Counted from the stretch's first letter, positions 39,801 through 53,500 are shown. The stretch: 64,000 nt of DNA from Azolla caroliniana (GCA_043228905.1 JBHGNT010000001.1:23188001-23252000); one strand, 5' to 3'. Notes: generated from the sequence alone by a model not told the origin. Numbers and translations are program-made.

Positions 39801-41515
39801 CCCATTAAGGCCAAGTGTGAACTTGCTTGGGGGCCTTAGGTTTGGTTAAAAGTATGAGGCTTAGCTAGCCTTATTGCACTCATCATTCGACTACGTGGAG
39901 ACTTTGCTTAAGTGGTGATCAAACTCTTGAAGCGAGCGTGCTAGTACCAGGTAGGACTCGATGCCACGGTGGTGGTATGGGACGCCGATTGAGGCTTGAG
40001 TCTGTCTTGATCCCTTCGCTCAAGGGTGTTCTGATGGATCAACACCCTTCTTTTTCTCTCTCCTGTCTTATCTATTTATTTTATATTTCCTTATAATATG
40101 CTTACATTAGGATCAAGCTCTAACAGATCTTGTGTACATGTCATCCGATGACAGTTTAAGAGATCAAACAAGAGAAACACGCTACCCAAGTTTACTGCCG
40201 ACAAGGAATATGTGAAGGTTGGCATTGAAAAGCATATTGCCAACGTAATTGAAGGCAATTATAGTGAGGATGGGAAAGACATCAAATTGCAATACTACTT
40301 CGAAAACACACTCGACCCACCATGTTAGACATCTACGAGGAAATGAAAGGATGGCCCCAACCACATATAATTGCAACTCCCATGCCATTCATTTGAAATG
40401 AAGATGGGTAATGATAACTCTCCTTTGCACTCACAATTGAGAACAATGCATGGAGAGGTCTAACTAGCATGCACACAATATCTACATTTCATCTTAACGA
40501 CAACCTTCAAGATGAGGAAAACCTTGACTATGATAAAAACATATACATCACAATTAAAAAGTATTCTCGATGCCGATCCCCAAAAACCCCACATTCATAT
40601 TAGCCACGAGAAGGACCCTTGTCTCATAGAGTGCATGCACACACACAGATATGCTCCCTACTCAACAATCAAAATAATCTTATGGTAACTAAACCAAGTG
40701 TAGTATACCCTTACATTAGTGAATGAGACTCTCTCATAAGATCTTGTATGAGCCTAAGAAAGAGAAGTGACCAAAGGTATCCCAATTAGTGATATTGTTC
40801 CATAGAGGACTAGAAGATTGTGGGCTACCCTTACATTCCCCAATAGTACAATTGATCTAACTTGAGACAAGATTATGTCTTTTTAATGAAGGGAAGCCCA
40901 TGGAAGAGCATTTGTAGTGCATGCAATCAAGAGTTCAAATCGTATATCGTTTCTTCCTCTACCACATTTACTCTGTGTTCAAGAAAGAGTTAGTTATCCT
41001 AAAACAAACGTTTCAAATCGGCAAGGGACAAAACAACAGTCGGATCAACTTTCGGTACATAGACAATTTTTGCATTCCTCTGAATTCATAGTTATTTTTT
41101 ACTTGTTATTTTATGCCTAAATAGGAAACCCCCCGATTAAGCATACACTAGGCAATGTGACTTATCAAAGATCCAACTAGTTCTAGTTTAGTGGTTACTG
41201 GTTAGCAAGAAATGTTGGATGGTTTAATCTTTTGCTATGGTTTGCATAATGAGGCTAGACTACCCAAGTGGAATGATTCCATCGTACCTACTCAACAAAT
41301 GACATGTACTTTGATACTCTCATTTCCTTTTCTAGTTGTGTTATTGAAGAGCCCGAAGAGTAATTAAGACATGAATATACGGATATATATTTTGGAAAAT
41401 AGAACAAAGAATGCAGTGAGATGATATTTAAACATAAAATAATGTATTGCTCCATTAACTTTGGGTTATGTACATTTTTCTTTTGCTAACCTAGTCTTTG
41501 GGTTGTGTACATTTT

Positions 41516-44500
41516 TCATAGGACAAAATTGTCTATGATATGGGCAATCACATCGGCACCATCAGAATGAAGTCTGTAATATTTCACCTGCACAAGAAAG
41601 CCAGGGTTTTATGCATTATAAACATGCTTTGGAAATCCAAAAAATGCCCGTAAGTTCTGTTATTTCCAAATACACCTCTAAGCAGAAACCAGAAAGAGAA
41701 AAGGATTCGCTGTAACACATAATTGCTCAAGACATGTCGCCATGGGCATTTGGGGGGAATAATGGCATTTCAGGAAATAAAGAAAACCATAGGGGTAATT
41801 TGGCGCATTTTTTCACATGTTTATGTTTAAGATAATTTATAAATGTTGGAGATGCACATATCATTAATTGCCCCAAAAGGATAGATAAAGGTTCTTTGAG
41901 AGAAACAATAAAACGATGAAAAGGCAGTCAGGGATTTTTCCACTTTTTTATATAATAACTCTTGATTGTTCAACAGATGCCGATCAAGGTAGCAAAAACA
42001 TATGGTAATTATGAGAAATATTAAGAGAAAGATAGGAAGTATGTATCAAAATTTTCATTTGTTGAATGATTTTGGAAAATAACCAAAACATATGGTAATT
42101 AGGAGAAATATAGAAAGTATGTATCAAATTTTTCATTTGGTGAATGATTAGAATACCTGAATTGTGTTGTGAGCAGCTAATTTTTGGGGGGTTCCTGAAA
42201 AACTCACGTCAACTCTCCGCCATGGTAGCTTTCTTAGCCCAGATATCATCTTTTCTGTAGAATTGTTTGGATGAATAAAGCGTAATAAGCTCAATATTGA
42301 GAAATGAGAGAGAATTTGCGAGACTTGAAATTTCATGGACATTGAGCAATCAGTTGCATTGAAGGAAATTCATGGGAAAAAAACACAGTTCAATGCTCTT
42401 CAAATGCTGATTAAATTTTCGTTGTTATTAACATGAGGGTTGTTTCAATTCATTGTGGTGCAGTAAGTATTATGATCTTGGGATGCAAACTGTAGAAGAT
42501 GAAGTGAACTCTTTTTTCTGAGCCTTGAAACCTCGCAAATTTTATGATGAAAACCAAACTGAAGAAAGAAAAAAAGGTTCCCCCAACAAACTCCTTCCGT
42601 GACCTTTATCCTTCTGTTTCTTTTTGCTCCTCCTAATTAATCTTAATGTTTATCAAGTCTACTTAAATTTAATGCTTGGGACATTTTTAATGCTTTAGTT
42701 TAGTGATTGGATCTTTTCACCATATCTACAGTATCTTATATGTTTTAAAATGCGGAAGATACATCATACATAAATGTATAAAAGTACCTTCAACAGGGTC
42801 TGAGGCTCGTGTTAGGGCATCCGTCAACTCAGGAGGAACATCTTCGACATGAATAATATGTGGATACTTTGGATCAACTGGCCTAATTGTTAGCTGTAAT
42901 CATCATCAAAAGGTACATAGAAAATTAGGAAACACCTTGGAGGATAACCAACCATAACGCTAAACTCTTGAGCAAGAGAGCACAAAACCTGTGGCATTTC
43001 ACATTCGCGTCTAAATGTAGCAGTTCTCCAGCCAACCATATCTAAGGCACATCAAGGTTAACTGACGACTGATTAAATTGCCTGATGGGAAAGCAGCATT
43101 ACAAGTTGAGAAAACTCCAAAATAACCCTCAAATTTTCCTTACTTTTCAAAATCCTTGGAACAGTTGGGGAAATAGGGTAAAACTCAGGTATTTCAGAGT
43201 TTTTCCTAGGAACACTTGGAGAAATAGAATAAGACTCAAGTATTTCAGAGTTTTGGGACTGCTCTACAAAAGGATACGATCATAACTCACATTTGCATAG
43301 GCAACTCTGTATTGAAATGCCTGTAGTGCAGAACTGCAAGAAATGAAAAAGGTACTGAAAACATATATAATTATATATACGCATACACAAAACATATTCT
43401 ATAATCCAGAAAACTATGGGATAGAATAAACTACATGAACTGTCCTTCTTCACAGTCAGAGACCATGCGTTGTAACAGAGGAGATCGTGTCTCATCACCA
43501 TCAGTGAGAAACAGATGCTTCCCTGTCCTTCCTACAAACCAATGGGCACTAAATAGAGCTGCTTTTTCCAGAAATGATAAGCCACACAAAAATGGAAGCT
43601 GTAATAAAGATGAAGGAAATATCATGATAAGAAACATTGCAAAATACCTCACAGTAAGCAAATAATAGGTGTTCTTTTTTACCTGCCAATTTCCTCGGGA
43701 CCCAATGTGAGGTGTTGCAACAGTTACAAAATTTACTGGTTGCAAACCAAAGATTGTTCCATGTGAATGATCTTCCTGGGGAGTCTCTATAGCGTGGTCA
43801 CTGGATGATAATGCATTAGAGGAAGCATAGAGCTGTCCTATAGCATACCTTGCAACCAATCCACCCAATGAATGGGCAACAAATGATATACGTTTCAAAC
43901 TAGGAGATTCCTCAATAACTTCTTTAACCTGTGGTGTAAAAAGAACATTACATTTACATTAAGCCAACATTTAAATTGCTGGCATATTCAAGTGATTTCT
44001 GAAAGAATACCAGAGCTAGAGAAAACAAGCATAAAAACATCATTTGAGCATCACATTTACGTGGCAAAGAAGACAAAAAAGAAGAGAAAGGAAATAATGC
44101 AGTTCCAAATAATCAAGCCTGATATTTGTGTGATGTGGAACACATATTACCATCCATTAAATCAACTCCTATTTTTCCCCTCACCTTGAATGGAGACACT
44201 GCTGTGCATATTTATGTTCTATTGTATGAACATCTCTAATGTGACATGCTGATAATACAATGCTCTGCTTAAAATAAAATCGAACGACGAAAATAAAGCA
44301 TATATATAATTAAAGCCCAGCACTCAAGCAGCATGTAGGGAAGCAGTATGGGAACTCCATTGAACAGTAGTACATTTATGACCAAAAGAATAGGATAAAG
44401 AAAAGCAAGAAAATGCAGTAGTCAATGAGTTCAACACTAACAGAATGAATACAAAACAAATGAACATTTATCTATCAGATCAATTTCAAGTTCAACCCTC

Positions 44501-45627
44501 TAAATTTTAATGTATAACTTTGTTTTACGGCATACCTCCTCTGCAAGTCTGTGTCCCATCACATCCACTCCATCGAATGTCAACGTCGATGCATTCCGAG
44601 CACTGCCTGCAAAACACAAGTCCCTTTCCACTTACTTTTTAGAGATGGGCTAAGGAAAAGAAAGAAACAATAGGAACTAAGAAAAGGAAAAAAAAGAAAA
44701 GAAAGTATAAGCATCGCCCAAAAGCCTTGGAACTAAGCCATAACAATATCTTGAATCGCCTCAGGATATGAAAACAAAGTCATGAGCCAGGCGTCGTCTT
44801 GAAGCCTCCCGAAGATGTGAAAGAGACCAGAACCAGATTGGAGAGCATAGAATAGCAGTCTATTCGTTACAATATGATGTATGGGAAAACAAAAGTTTCT
44901 ACTTATTTTTGTTCATATTATAAAGCATAAAATGATAGTAATGTCTGTATTCTCATGATGAATAGGAACATACAGTGGACTAGCACCTCACTTCCAAACT
45001 TTGACGTGAACTGATCAGCTGCAAACTTCCAGTTGCTAGCACTGCCATAAAAAAAAAAACATAATAAAACGATCCCACTGAGCAAATAACACGTCTTTGT
45101 AATCACCAGTGCCTCAATATGTATGCTTGTCATTTAGAGAACCATAAATGTACAGTTAAAAGTTAAAACCCAGAAGGCAGAAAATATTTCTAAAGTACAA
45201 AAATAAACATGTATGCATATCTAAACAAGTATTATGATTCTTTGTTAAATGAAGGCATCCCATGATGCAGCAGATGGGGAAGGAACTGTATGCAATGACT
45301 TCTCATGGATATGGTTTATACATTTAGCTTGCATTTGGGTAAATAACAAAAAACTTGGGGGCATTTGTGAGAATAAAGAAAAAATCAGGGGCATTTTATG
45401 GATGGTTTTCCATTATCGATATCTAGGGATTTCCTACGAGAGACAAACCTGCCCACAATGCCATTCACCATGATGACGAGATGATAAGCAGAATCTTTGT
45501 GTGAATAATTAGACGCTCGAGGACTCGCATAAGAAGGATGTCGAAAAGACTTTGATTGGCTGAGACAAGAGAAGAAACCGTGAGTTCCAGTTGAGTCTCT
45601 GAGATGCGGGAGATGAAGATTAGCCAT
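41516..45627 (-). CDS. DUF676/ROG1-like alpha/beta-hydrolase (putative lipase), isoform using the proximal first exon
   Basis: Exons 45627-45449, 45041-44974, 44606-44536, 43928-43683, 43598-43435, 43333-43278, 43041-42989, 42893-42788, 42254-42157, 41587-41516 (TGA) join in frame. Motifs HLVIMVNGIVGS, TFDGVDVMGHRLAEE, nucleophile elbow AHSLGG, FVTVATPHIG, YANVSYDHMVGWRT, AHNTIQVK. Confidence 0.92.
43042..43277 (-). other. U12-type (minor spliceosome) GT-AG intron
   Basis: Donor reads GTATCCTTTT; branch-like ACCTTGAT about 10 nt before the TAG acceptor; no long polypyrimidine tract. Confidence 0.85.
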
Positions 45628-45771
45628 GGGTCAATTCTTTAAAGTCACTTCTGTCCTGGCTGTGAGAAGGGATCGAATATTGTGGCCAGAAATTATAATA
45701 GCAACAAAAGATTCAAAATTCAAAGGAAGGTAGAGAGGGGAACCAGAGGGATATAATCTTGCAAGAACGAC

Positions 45772-45807
<36 letters not shown>

Positions 45808-46486
45808 CGTCCTCAAATTACAAGATCGAGGAGGAACTGAGACAGAGGATTTCTTCCTCAAATTGCAAAAAAGAAAAGAAAAAATCTAGGCGGATCTGCA
45901 AGGTGAGAGAATGACAGAGGAAAGGCAATTATTCCTAAGAACAGAAGAAGATGGGAGGATCATATGAGAGAGAGTTTCGTCTTCAAATCAGAAGAAGATT
46001 TGGGTTGGCGTTATGGAGATTTCGTTCCTGGAAGGAAGCAGTAGAAGATTAGGAGGATCTACGGAAGGCAGAGAAGAAGATATGTGTGATTAGTATTTTT
46101 AAGGTCTGTGGGATCTGAGATAATAAAAACCCAACTTTTTTTGGGCGAAGAGATTAGAGGAAAGATAATTCATTTGTAAATATCTATCTATGCGTGCGTG
46201 TGCGTGTGTGTATGTGTGTGTCAGTACAATCACTTTTGCGAGAAGATCACATGGAAGGTCTAAAATGAGGGGAGACGCGGAGTTATACTCTTTTACGTCG
46301 TGAAATTGTCAGCAGTAAAAATGGTGTTGCGCAGAAAGGAAGGTATAAAGAGAAGGAAAGAGAAAAGACCAGAGAAGATAAAAGAGCGCTCACTCATGCA
46401 ACCAGCAAATTCTTCTTCCTTTCTTTCTCTCCGCAGAATCTCAGAAAAAACACAGGAGGACGACAAAGCTTTGGTACAGTGAGGGA

Positions 46487-46487
46487 A

Positions 46488-46564
<77 letters not shown>

Positions 46565-46823
46565 AGAGAACCTGCCACCAATGCCACTGACCATAACCAG
46601 AAGATGTTTGTTTGAATGATTGGCAGCGATGATGAGATCAGGGTCTTCATCTTCATCTTCATCTCCATCTTCATCTTCTTCTTCATCTTCTTCTTCTTCT
46701 GCATCTCCTCCTTCACCATGAGAATATGGATGAGGCTTTTGTAGGAAACCCATAGTAGTTGTAGTAGTAGTAGTGGTAGTGCATATCAAGTTTCAACAGT
46801 ACCTACACATACATACATACATA

Positions 46824-46859
<36 letters not shown>

Positions 46860-46912
46860 GAGGAAATCAGCCTTCTTCTTCTTCTTCTTCTTCTTCTTCT
46901 TCTTCTTCTTCG
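46487..46912. repeat. Microsatellite cluster: (GA)n 46487-46569, (GTA)n, (TC)n, (CTT)n
   Basis: Directly visible simple repeats around the distal first exon. Confidence 0.95.
46572..46753 (-). CDS. Distal alternative first coding exon of the DUF676 hydrolase (acidic N-terminus)
   Basis: ATG at 46753; MGFLQKPHPYSHGEGGDAEEEEDEEEDEDGDEDEDEDPDLIIAANHSNKHLLVMVSGIGG plus AG|GT donor. Same phase (2) and same terminal motif as exon 45627-45449. Confidence 0.7.
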
Positions 46913-47499
46913 TCTGCTCGTAATGTATGTAATGTATGTACATAATATAATGTAATGTATGTTACATGCTCGTGTCTAACTACATACAATGATACTACCA
47001 AATATGTACATACTAAAGAGTGGAAGTGAAGGGAATGGCGGGGCACGGACAGTGCAGGTCACTCAGCTGAGGCCCCGTGCGATCTGCACCGTCCTCCGAT
47101 GTGGATAAATAAATAAATAAAGCCGACCGACTCAAAGCTTGCCATTCAAAAAACTTCAAAAAATTAAAACTAATAACGTCATTAAACTAGTTAAATGATG
47201 CCTAAATGGTTAGTGTTATTTTTAGGATTTTATAGGCATAGAGTTCGAATCTTCTTCTTCAACTTCTTTCTTTTTTAGGGTTTCGACGTTTAGTTTAGAG
47301 TATGTATTCACTTTTCACTTCATTTACATTTAAGGGGCCCTAATAGCGGTATTGAATTCAACACCTTCATTATTAAATGTGTTCATGGTGTCGTAATAGG
47401 GTCAATTTGTCCTCATCAAACACTTAACCATATGTTGTTGATTGTACCTTTGTGCCCTAGTATATAACTAAACATTTGCAAACTTTGATTGATGCAGGT

Positions 47500-50433
47500 C
47501 GTCACGGACAAGTAGACAAGGCTCAATACTAAGAGAGAGAGAGAGAGAGAGAGCGAGAGAGCATATGCAAGAGAACAATAACTAAATTATGCTTCCGTAA
47601 TTGGTGTTATTCACCTTGACTAAGCCCAAGGTGAACCCCTGTATTTATACATGTTTTGTGGGCTCTAAATGTAGTTCCATGCAAAGACTCATTCTCATGC
47701 ACAAGCTTTTGGAATGTTCCAACTTTTAAAATCTCCTACACGTAGAATATATCGTCTACAATAATCTACTATGGTAACATGACCATGTTGGATGTGTTGG
47801 TTAAAACATATCGATTGATTATAATATAGTAGGTCAAATGAGTTTGAACCCATGACATGACGGTTGTCATGTCCATGACATTATCCCCCCTCTAAGGTCG
47901 CCGTCTCCAAAGATGCCTCTCCGGTTTTTGTGGATATTGGTGATGAAATGCATGAACAACATCCGGTGCATTCTCCAAGTGTTGGGTAGGTTCCCAAGTT
48001 GCCTCTGAAATGGGATACCCTTTCCATAGGACTAAGTATTGAAGTTGTTGTCAATACCAATGAGAGTTTAGAATCTTGTCCACCTCATACTCCTCACCTA
48101 TGGAAAGCTCAATTGGGGGTGGAGGTGGAGAGCGCCTTCCAGGAATAGTGGATGGATGGATGATGAGGTTCAAGAAGAGAGGCATGGAAGACATTATCAA
48201 TCCGGAAATGTGGAGGAAGTTCCGGCCGAAAAGTGATGGGGTTGATACACTCAATGATGTGGAAAGGCCCCAAGTTCTTGTAGTCCAACTTTCCACAATG
48301 TCAAGTAGTGTCAACATGGCGACGTAAGAGCCAAACTTGATCACCAACTACAAAGGAGGGTGTGAAAAATGGGGTGACCCTAGTTGAACCATGTAGTGTA
48401 TTATTATATGTGAACTTTGGTAGGGGTAGGAGGTCAATCCAATCATCTTGTGGGTAGCTAAGCGAGCATCGAAAGTATTACTCGAGAATTTGGTTCACCT
48501 ACTCAGTTTGTCCATCGGTTTGAGGATGATAGGACGAAGACAAATTCAATGTTGTGCCCAATGTTTGAAGAAGTCGTCGCCAAAAACGAGAGACAAATTG
48601 GGGTCCACGATCTGAGGTGACATCATCCGGGACCCCATGAAGCCGCACCACATTCTTTAAAAATAGATCAGTTGTTGCTTCTACTAAAATAGTCTTTGCA
48701 TAGGGGGAAAAATGAGCCATGTTTGTAAATCAGTCTACCATGATGAGCATTGTGTCATATCCGTGGTCTAGAGGCAAGTTCGTGATGAAATCCATGGAAA
48801 TTGATGCTCAAGGCCAGTTTGGGAATGGGAAGTGGTTGGAGCAACCCGTATGGTCTATGGTGAACAACTTTGGATCGAGCACAAGTATCACATGTTGTGA
48901 TGAATTCCTTGACGAACTTCCACGGTTGAGGCCACCAATATCCTCGTTAGATTAATTCGAGTGTCTTTGTAATGCCAAAATGGTCAGCCAAGGGGTCGTC
49001 ATGACACTTTTGGAGAACTTGAGTTCAACACCGGCCCTCCAGAACATATAAGAGCTGGTCTCGGTAAAGCAGTCCCCCTCGAATATGAAGCGATCAAGGT
49101 CTTCCTTGCTCTTGGGTTTAGACGGATCAATAAGACCTTCCTTAATTGCATTGGTGAATTTGTCGGTGGGAAATGGTTTGGCTATCTCCTCAAGCAAAGC
49201 ATCGTCATGGAGCATGCATGTGGCGAAGAATTGGAATTGATCTGGTTTTAGCAAACATTGAGATTGTTGAACATAGGCATCATCCCTTGGGCCCAACTCG
49301 AAATCCAAGCGTCGTGAAAGAGCATAAGCATTCATGTTTTGTGCCTCCAATCGAAAGACAATTTCAAAGTCATAGTCGGCTAAGAACGTTGACAAGCGAG
49401 CCTGTCATCGATTCAAAGTACAGGTGTTGAGAAATACAATAAATTTTTATGATCTGTTATTACCTGAACCCGATGTTGCGCCCCAACCAAGTAAGCTCTC
49501 CACTCTATGAAAGCTACCGCTATAGCAGCGAGCTCCTTGTCGTAGATGGGATAGTTGATTTCTTGAGCTGTGAATTTTCGGGAGTAGTATGCCACCGGAT
49601 GTAGGATGCCATCATCATCGGGTTGGGATAAGATGGCACCAATGGCAAAGTCAGAGGCATCTGTTTCAACTTGAAAAGGCTTAGTGGGATCGACGTGAAG
49701 GAGGATTGGAGCTCGGGTGAAAACTTCCTTGAGTAGGTCGAAGACATGTTGAGCAGATGGAGTCCATTGAAACAACATCCCTTTACAAATAAGCTCAATC
49801 AAGGGTTGGACTATGACGGAGAACCCTTGATAAATCACCGATAGAAATTTGCGAAACCAAGGAACGATTGGACATCCTTTACTCGTTTTGGAGTGGCCCA
49901 TTCTTGGATAATCTTGATTTTCCTTGGATCCATGGTGATGCCTTGGGGTGAGATAACATAACCAAGAAATTCTATGGAATTGCGATCAAACTCACATTTT
50001 TCTCTCTTGGCATAGAGGCCATGCTCCCTGAGTTTCGAGAGAATCAATTGAACGTGGTGAGTATGCTCTTAAATGCTTGACGAGAAGACAAGAATGTCAT
50101 CAAGGTAGATAACGACAAAGTGATCGAGATATTCTCAAAATATGACGTTCATCATATTTTGAAAAATAGTTGGAGCATTGGTGAGTCCAAAAGGCATTAC
50201 CTTGTACTCGAAGTGTCTATATTGCATACGAAATGTTATTTTCCATTCATCACCAGGTTTAATCCGAACTAAGTTGCATACTCCCCCCCCGCAAGTCAAT
50301 CTTGGAGAAGACATGTGCACTACGAAGACAATCGAGGAGTTCTAGGATTAGAGGTAAAAGGTAGCGATTACGTATTGTGATTTTATTGAAGCCATGATAA
50401 TCCACACATAGTGTTGAAGACACCGTCATCTAA
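47500..50433 (-). mobile_element. Degenerate Ty3/Gypsy chromovirus (3' LTR 47500-47880 plus pol), truncated within RT by nested insertions
   Basis: LTR start TGTCATGGAC at 47880 on the minus strand after PPT AGAGGGGGGATAA. Chromodomain EEYEVDKIL, integrase SDRGPQFVSRFW...YHPQTDGQTE, RNase [24 protein letters not shown]. Related to 59287-64000. Confidence 0.92.
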
Positions 50434-50532
50434 TGTAGAACAAGATCAACACTCTTCTAGGATAAGATCGTACATGGATGCAAGATCATAGCTTTGATGG
50501 CAACATAGACAGAAAAAAAACAACTAGTACGC
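50434..50532. mobile_element. Short LTR-like fragment inserted into RT and itself interrupted
   Basis: RT homology (DG..LCVDY) ends at 50433 and TGTAGAAC begins; the next LTR starts at 50533. Confidence 0.35.
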
Positions 50533-53500
50533 TGTCGTGAAGATTCTGGGCCATGGTGAGAAACCGGGGAAAATCGGAAGAATCGGCGGGGTGGAGCATG
50601 TGCACTCACCCTTGTACAAACTGTGTAAATGATAGGGGTGCCATTATGGCACCGGACAATAGTTAATTCGGGACAGAGGATCCCATGTAATAAGGGATTT
50701 ATCCCACATTGTTACGCATCCCTCTCCTTGATCTATAAAAGGAAGGGAGCGCCCTTTGTAAAGGGGTTGCCCATTTTGAGTTAGGAGGGTATACCACTGA
50801 GGTCTAGGGTTTGGTAGTGTTCTTTTTCTTCATCTTATTCTTGTTCCCTTAGGGTTTCTACTTTGGCCTTTCACCCTATTTCGTTTAGGGTTTCATCTTG
50901 GCAACTTTCTTCTTCTTCTCACTTTCTTGTTTTCAGTTAGGGTTCTTCGACTTCTTGTCTGTTTAGGGTTTAGTTCGGTGATGAGCTTGTATGTTCTATG
51001 GGATTTGCTTCTGCTCGGTCTCTTGTGCAAGACCCCGCTTGGCGCAACGAGCCTGAGAGCTCCCCGTTCGGCGGCTTGGCAACAAACGGCTGTTGCAACC
51101 TAACCTACCTTGGTCCGGCTCGAAGCCGGACTTGTATCTTGCTTTTGTAATTATATATATAAAAGGTTGTGCATATTTGTGTTTCTATTGGTGTCGGGTG
51201 CGTTCCTTTCCCTTCGTTTCCTATACATAAGAGGCGTGTGTTGAGTCGATGTTGCGCGCGTGGTCTCTCTCTCTCCCTCTCTCGTGTTCGGTAGCCGCTG
51301 GTACGCGTCCGGAATTGCTTCGGTTTGCACCACAACTGGTGCAGTCGGGTCTAGATAGAAGTCGGCTTTTCGACACCCATCTCTTCCTCGTCCGAGAGCC
51401 TCGTGGTCCCGCCCCTTTCGACACGTACTCGTGGAAAACCGCGACATATTTGGTGAACCTGACGTGAAAGGCGGCAAGGGAGGATGGAGTCAAAAGACGA
51501 TGACTTCGCGGAGATGGTGGCTGAAGTGGTGTTGGAGTTCAGACGAGTGGTGGTGAGATGGTAAGCGGCGCAACAAGCTATTGAGCGAGTGGTCGAAAGA
51601 GTCGGCTATTTCAACGGGGACAAAGTCCCATTCTACTTGGAACCCTACACTGCAGAAATGGAGGTGCGAGACGTAGACGAGGCGTTGAGGCCGGAGTTCT
51701 TCTGTCGGGTCGTCGTTGTCCGTATGCACGTGGAAGTGAAGGGGCTTCGAGAAGCTCATAGTTCGTGGGAGGCCTTCGAAGAGGCGCTCCTACAGGCATA
51801 TGGAGGACGGCGGAAGAGCTAGGGACGACACGACTTTGACTAGTGGGTTGCATCGGCGAAGACCCACCGGGGCGCCACGAAGGCGTTCCGACAGTTCAAG
51901 CGGCGGTTTGCTCGGCTCCCGGAGCGGGAGCAAAGTCTGGTGGGGGCGGCCAAAGTCCTGTTGTTCGTTAGGTCGATCGACCGAGCGGAATGGGAGGTTA
52001 TCGGGATTGAGCTCGAAGACGATGACAGAGTGAATGGCCTTACCGAGGAATGGTCGGAAGTCGAATGAGTATGCCGACGGTTGGACGAGGAACGGTCCGC
52101 GAAAGGCAAAGGGAAGATAATGCACGACGCCGTGTCATCACGGAAGGAAGCGGGCACACAACAAGAAGGATCGGCGAAGCTCGATGTCGAAGCCTTGGTC
52201 TGGGAAGCGTACAAGGCTCTGAAGGTGATGGTCGAAGAAGAAGAGAGATCTGGCACGCAGACGGATTCCAGAGACTCAGAGCAAGTCGGCCTTCCGGACA
52301 AGGCGGACATGGCCCAAGCAGAGGCCGAGGAATGGTACCACGGTACCACGGGAGAGGATGTGGAGCGAGACGCCCTCTCGACTTGTGGAGAAAGACCGAC
52401 CAAGGAGGAGGTCGGGAGTGGAGAAGAGCCCTCCACACCAATTCCGGAGACTTCGGCAGTTGAGCCCGTGTGCCGGCATAAGAGTGGAGAGATGGAAGGT
52501 GCCAGCGAGGAGTCCTGGCACGACGCCAACGACGAAGGATGTGAAATAGCTTGTGAGGAGCTCGAGGACAGAGCCGCAACAGAGAGGAAAGAGGAAATGA
52601 GAGCCGGCGCCAAAGGGAGCGGAATCGGAAGACGACCTGACTGGGGATCGAACTGGTCGGCGTTCCGATTCGAGTGGAGCACGATCTGGATGTGGATAGT
52701 TCAATAGGGGCAAGGTTCGGTATGAAGGTGCCGATAGAGAAGAGGGCACGGGACGAGCCGCCCTCTTTTACATGGGGAGAAAGACCGACCGAGCGAAGTT
52801 CGGGAATCGGGAAGAAGATGATCGAGAGTACAAAACGAGTCCGGCGGGATCGACATCGGAGCCGAAACTCCGGACATTAGAGAATCAAGCCCAGGCGGGG
52901 CTTGATCGATCATAGAGTGGATGGTTTCCACCGACACCACTAAACGGGTCGGTGGCCTGGGACAAGTCGTCGAGAGTCATTACGAAATCGGTATCCCCAC
53001 ATCTTGACTGGAGACTTCGGCAGTTCGGGTGGCGCGACAACGTGAGACCGAAAGAGAAGGGAGATGGTGGGGAAGTGCAAGGAAGGAGGTTGACGGCGGC
53101 GAGGAGAAACGAAAGAGGCGGTTGACTGAAGTATGGGTCCTCCACAGTCGTTCCCGAGACTTAGGCGGTTGCGTTCGAGAACCAACGGAAGACCTAAGAG
53201 ACGGAAAGTGGTGGCGAGGACGCGGAGGTCACGACCAATACCACCGATCCGGAAGCGAAGAATGAAGACAAGTCCTAGGGGTCACCTCACATCAGGCTAG
53301 AGACTTCGACTTAGATCTGACGTAAGACCAAGATACTGACGATGGCAGCAGGAGAACGAGACCCGGTGATTCAGAGAGTGATGGATGGACCCGGATGAGA
53401 ATCGAGCGGAGCGGACTTCTGGATAACCAATCTGGAACGGAGGAAGAGGCAGGCCTACGGGGAGGCCGGAACACGGTACAATGGTACCACGGGAGAAGGT

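Larger units (their letters stand above)
31810..40125 (+). mobile_element. Full-length but decayed Ty3/Gypsy chromovirus
   Basis: LTRs 31810-32268 and 39668-40125 (TGTTAC...CTAACA); TSD GATCT at 31805-31809 and 40126-40130; PBS-like TGGTACCAGAAC; PPT AAGAGAGGGGAGTA. Remnants of the gag knuckle CVFCKKKGHTKEQC, protease LFDSGSSHNF, RT IIFLDDILVYS, RNase H, integrase and chromodomain (EFKIKW...ATWERE). Many stops; LTRs visibly diverged. Confidence 0.95.
31770..40919. mobile_element. Candidate non-autonomous CACTA element (~0.83 kb native) split by the 8.3-kb Gypsy
   Basis: Perfect 11-bp TIR: CACTACAAATG at 31770-31780 and CATTTGTAGTG at 40909-40919. Flanks share only CA (GCA| versus |CAT). Confidence 0.5.

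Noticed and set aside
47195-47260. tRNA gene (TGGTTAG...GAGTTCGAATC)
   Set aside because: Only A/B-box-like words are present; I could not form acceptor or anticodon stems. At most a SINE relic.
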